A DNA stretch of 64,000 nucleotides from Callorhinchus milii (taxonomy: Eukaryota), in contig NW_024704742.1 of assembly GCF_018977255.1 (NCBI RefSeq), forward strand, positions 46,254,001 through 46,318,000, given 5' to 3'. The notes under the pieces are model-generated. The model was not told where the DNA came from. It was given only the letters and a program-made list of their open reading frames with translations, and made no database searches. Both the position numbers and the translations under genes were made by a program. This document shows, in pieces, positions 61,672 through 64,000 of this stretch. Position 1 is the stretch's first letter; every line of letters begins with the position of its first letter.

Positions 61672-63689
61672 TGGAAATCTACCTTGTATATTGTTAAGGT
61701 GGTATTGATGAATAATACCAAAATAGATGCAGACAGTTCAGCCCCATTTATGAGTTAACATATCTGCATCTCTGCTATGCTTTTTAGTAATATCTCTGTG
61801 ACTGTATTTACCTGCTTGAACTGTGTTTTTTCATCCATATTTATTTTACTGATACATTTACCCTATGTGACACTGATGAAGACATTATTGTTTTATTATT
61901 TGTCATGAATTGACAGGGAACTGACAGAGATTTGCTTTATTTTTTCATTTAGATAGTTTTCAAATGGCAACTGATACATATCTCCTTCTAGTTGTTTGGT
62001 TTTTGAACAAGCAGCCAACAGTATTACTTAGCTATATATATGTGTGTATATATGTGTGTGTGTATAAAAGTTGATCCTGATCAGATCAAAACCCACAAAT
62101 TTTTCAACCAACCTGACATTATGAATTTCTGTATTACCCTTCATATTGCACGCTGAATTCATTCAATACATTCGATGCAGAATACTGATGTCTGCTTTTA
62201 CTGCTGGATGTGATTGTTATCACTTCAAGCTGCAGAGGAATTATAAATTATGTTTGCCACTGGCAAACACCATTTACTTGTTGATGCTATAAAAGAGCCC
62301 AGCATTCTTTTAAGTGCTTCAAGGCCTTAGCCCTGTGAAGGGCACTTTATAAATGCAAGATGTTGTTGTAAGCAACTACCAAAGCGATTCACAACACCGG
62401 TGATCATGATTCAATGCTGTAATTAACCCCTTTGTGTCGAGGCTTCAGTCTGAAGGTCGTTCCAAATGTACTGGAACCTCCAGGTTGAAAGCTGAAGGGT
62501 TTTTTTGGCCAAGGGAAGTGCAGGTCTCAGCCGCACCACCCCCCTCCCCTTGTTGGTCCATCTTGAAAGTCCCAAAGTAAAAGAAAAATTAATTCAAAAA
62601 TAAGTATGTGATATTTTGCATTGGATTCTAAATTAAAACGCTCCAAGTCAATGGACTTTCTAATTGTTTCTTAGCTCTGTTACAAATGGAAGGGTCTCAG
62701 GACATGTTTCAGCAGTCAGATGAAAGCTTGCCTCTGAACAATTTTAAGGGATTGAAGTTATGATGCTCATTTATTCTCACTTTATTTTACTAATGCAGAA
62801 GTGCAACAAGGTCTATCTCTGGAGGGATCTATGCAAAGACTCCCTTAATCTAGATATACTTCAGCTTAATCCTCACAACTCCTCAAGAATTCCCATTAGC
62901 TTCTGCAAAAAATGTATGTAGTTTTCCATCACGCGTGCCACCAGGGAAATTCACCAACCACTGAAACAAAAATTCAATACAGATGCTGTAAAAAAGCATT
63001 TGGCCTTCTCCTTCTAGAAGTGCTGTACATTTTTATTGCTTCTTCTGTTACTTCTTTCTTGCTTACTAAAATAAGGAAAAAAAACATAGGACACTGTGGT
63101 TAAAATATCAATATTGGCATGAATTCTTACAGCCAAGCACAAAATTTGATTTGCGTCATGTTTCAATTCATGCTTTAAGGAAGCAGCTTGCTATACCTGA
63201 TTCAGGGAAATGCATTATTTCAATAGCTTTTCAAATGAAAATGTCTGGTGTACTGAACACCGAAGCTTAGCATGTGAAGCACATTCAGCTACAAGAGGGG
63301 AAAATATGTATTTTTTTACAATTCTTGCTGTTAATCATTGGATGGACAATTGCCACCTATAGTATTTTGTGGTTTTAGCTTTAAGACAAATGTCTTAAAC
63401 TTTAAGATTACACAGAATTTTAAAACTCCTTAAATTCAGTCTCAATTTAGATTCCGTTTTTCTGTAGATTTTTTTTCAATTTGGAAATGTCATGAATGCC
63501 ACACAATCTTACATTTTAAACCCTTCCAAACATGAGTGTCTTTTTGGGAACAGTTTGGGAAGATATATGGAAAGTTGAACATTGAAATGAACAGATACTT
63601 CACAAGATTAATGGTTTCTGAATTGCTGGGTGAGCAATTGGGGCAGAGGAGGACATACTCGAATATAATAGGTGGAGGGGTGGATCATA

Positions 63690-63865
63690 ATCACATGTAT
63701 TCTTTCATTACCTTTAGCTGCCACACATTGGCTGCCATATTCATTCACCAAAAGCAAAAGCACTGCAATCGCTGCACTTCTACAATATATCCTGTGAATG
63801 TGCTAAGTGATGTCCTCCCAACATGAAAGGTGCTATATTAAATGTAAGGATGTAAGGATTATTGC
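63690..63865 (+). mobile_element. SINE 3' fragment
   Basis: ATTGGCTGCC...CCTGTGAA...GATGTCCTCCCAACATGAAAGGTGCTATA. Confidence 0.7.
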
Positions 63866-64000
63866 TATATTATTTAGAATCAAGGAGTATCTATGCAGAA
63901 CAGGACATAGGGTAGGTGGCATTCAATCCATTATAAAGCACGTTTAATTATTTGTGTGCAAGTACGGAGCTTGATGAGGCTCTTGATGGTTTCTTCTTGT

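Noticed and set aside
61725..61770. Imperfect hairpin AGATGCAGA...TCTGCATCT as a pre-miRNA
   Set aside because: Only 9 contiguous pairs; the inner stem is poor.

Overview
Repeat-rich, AT-rich vertebrate non-coding DNA (large intron or gene desert); no prokaryotic genes, rRNA or CRISPR. The repeat set (L2-clade LINEs, tRNA-headed SINEs with L2-type tails, Deu-domain SINEs, CR1 remnants) suggests a cartilaginous fish, possibly a chimaera such as Callorhinchus; this is inference, not verified. All ORFs over about 150 aa are 5'-truncated L2 ORF2 pieces or their alternative frames. I recognise no host gene; one phase-compatible chain of small minus-strand exons (39972-38202) is a low-confidence candidate. 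Best observations: (1) a decayed two-gene PIF/Harbinger transposon fossil (Myb/SANT gene plus DDE transposase motifs, about 57016-59540) split by a young L2 and missed by the ORF track; (2) an unclassified repeat of at least 460 bp in six copies; (3) a modular SINE (tRNA-Ala-like head, CORE-like segment, Deu-like 3' part, L2 stem-loop tail) whose loop tracks the young L2; (4) a hAT MITE with a recognisable 8-bp TSD; (5) hairpins, templated-insertion scars and enhancer-like blocks. Nothing here demonstrates a new functional system. Boundaries of degraded repeats are approximate.
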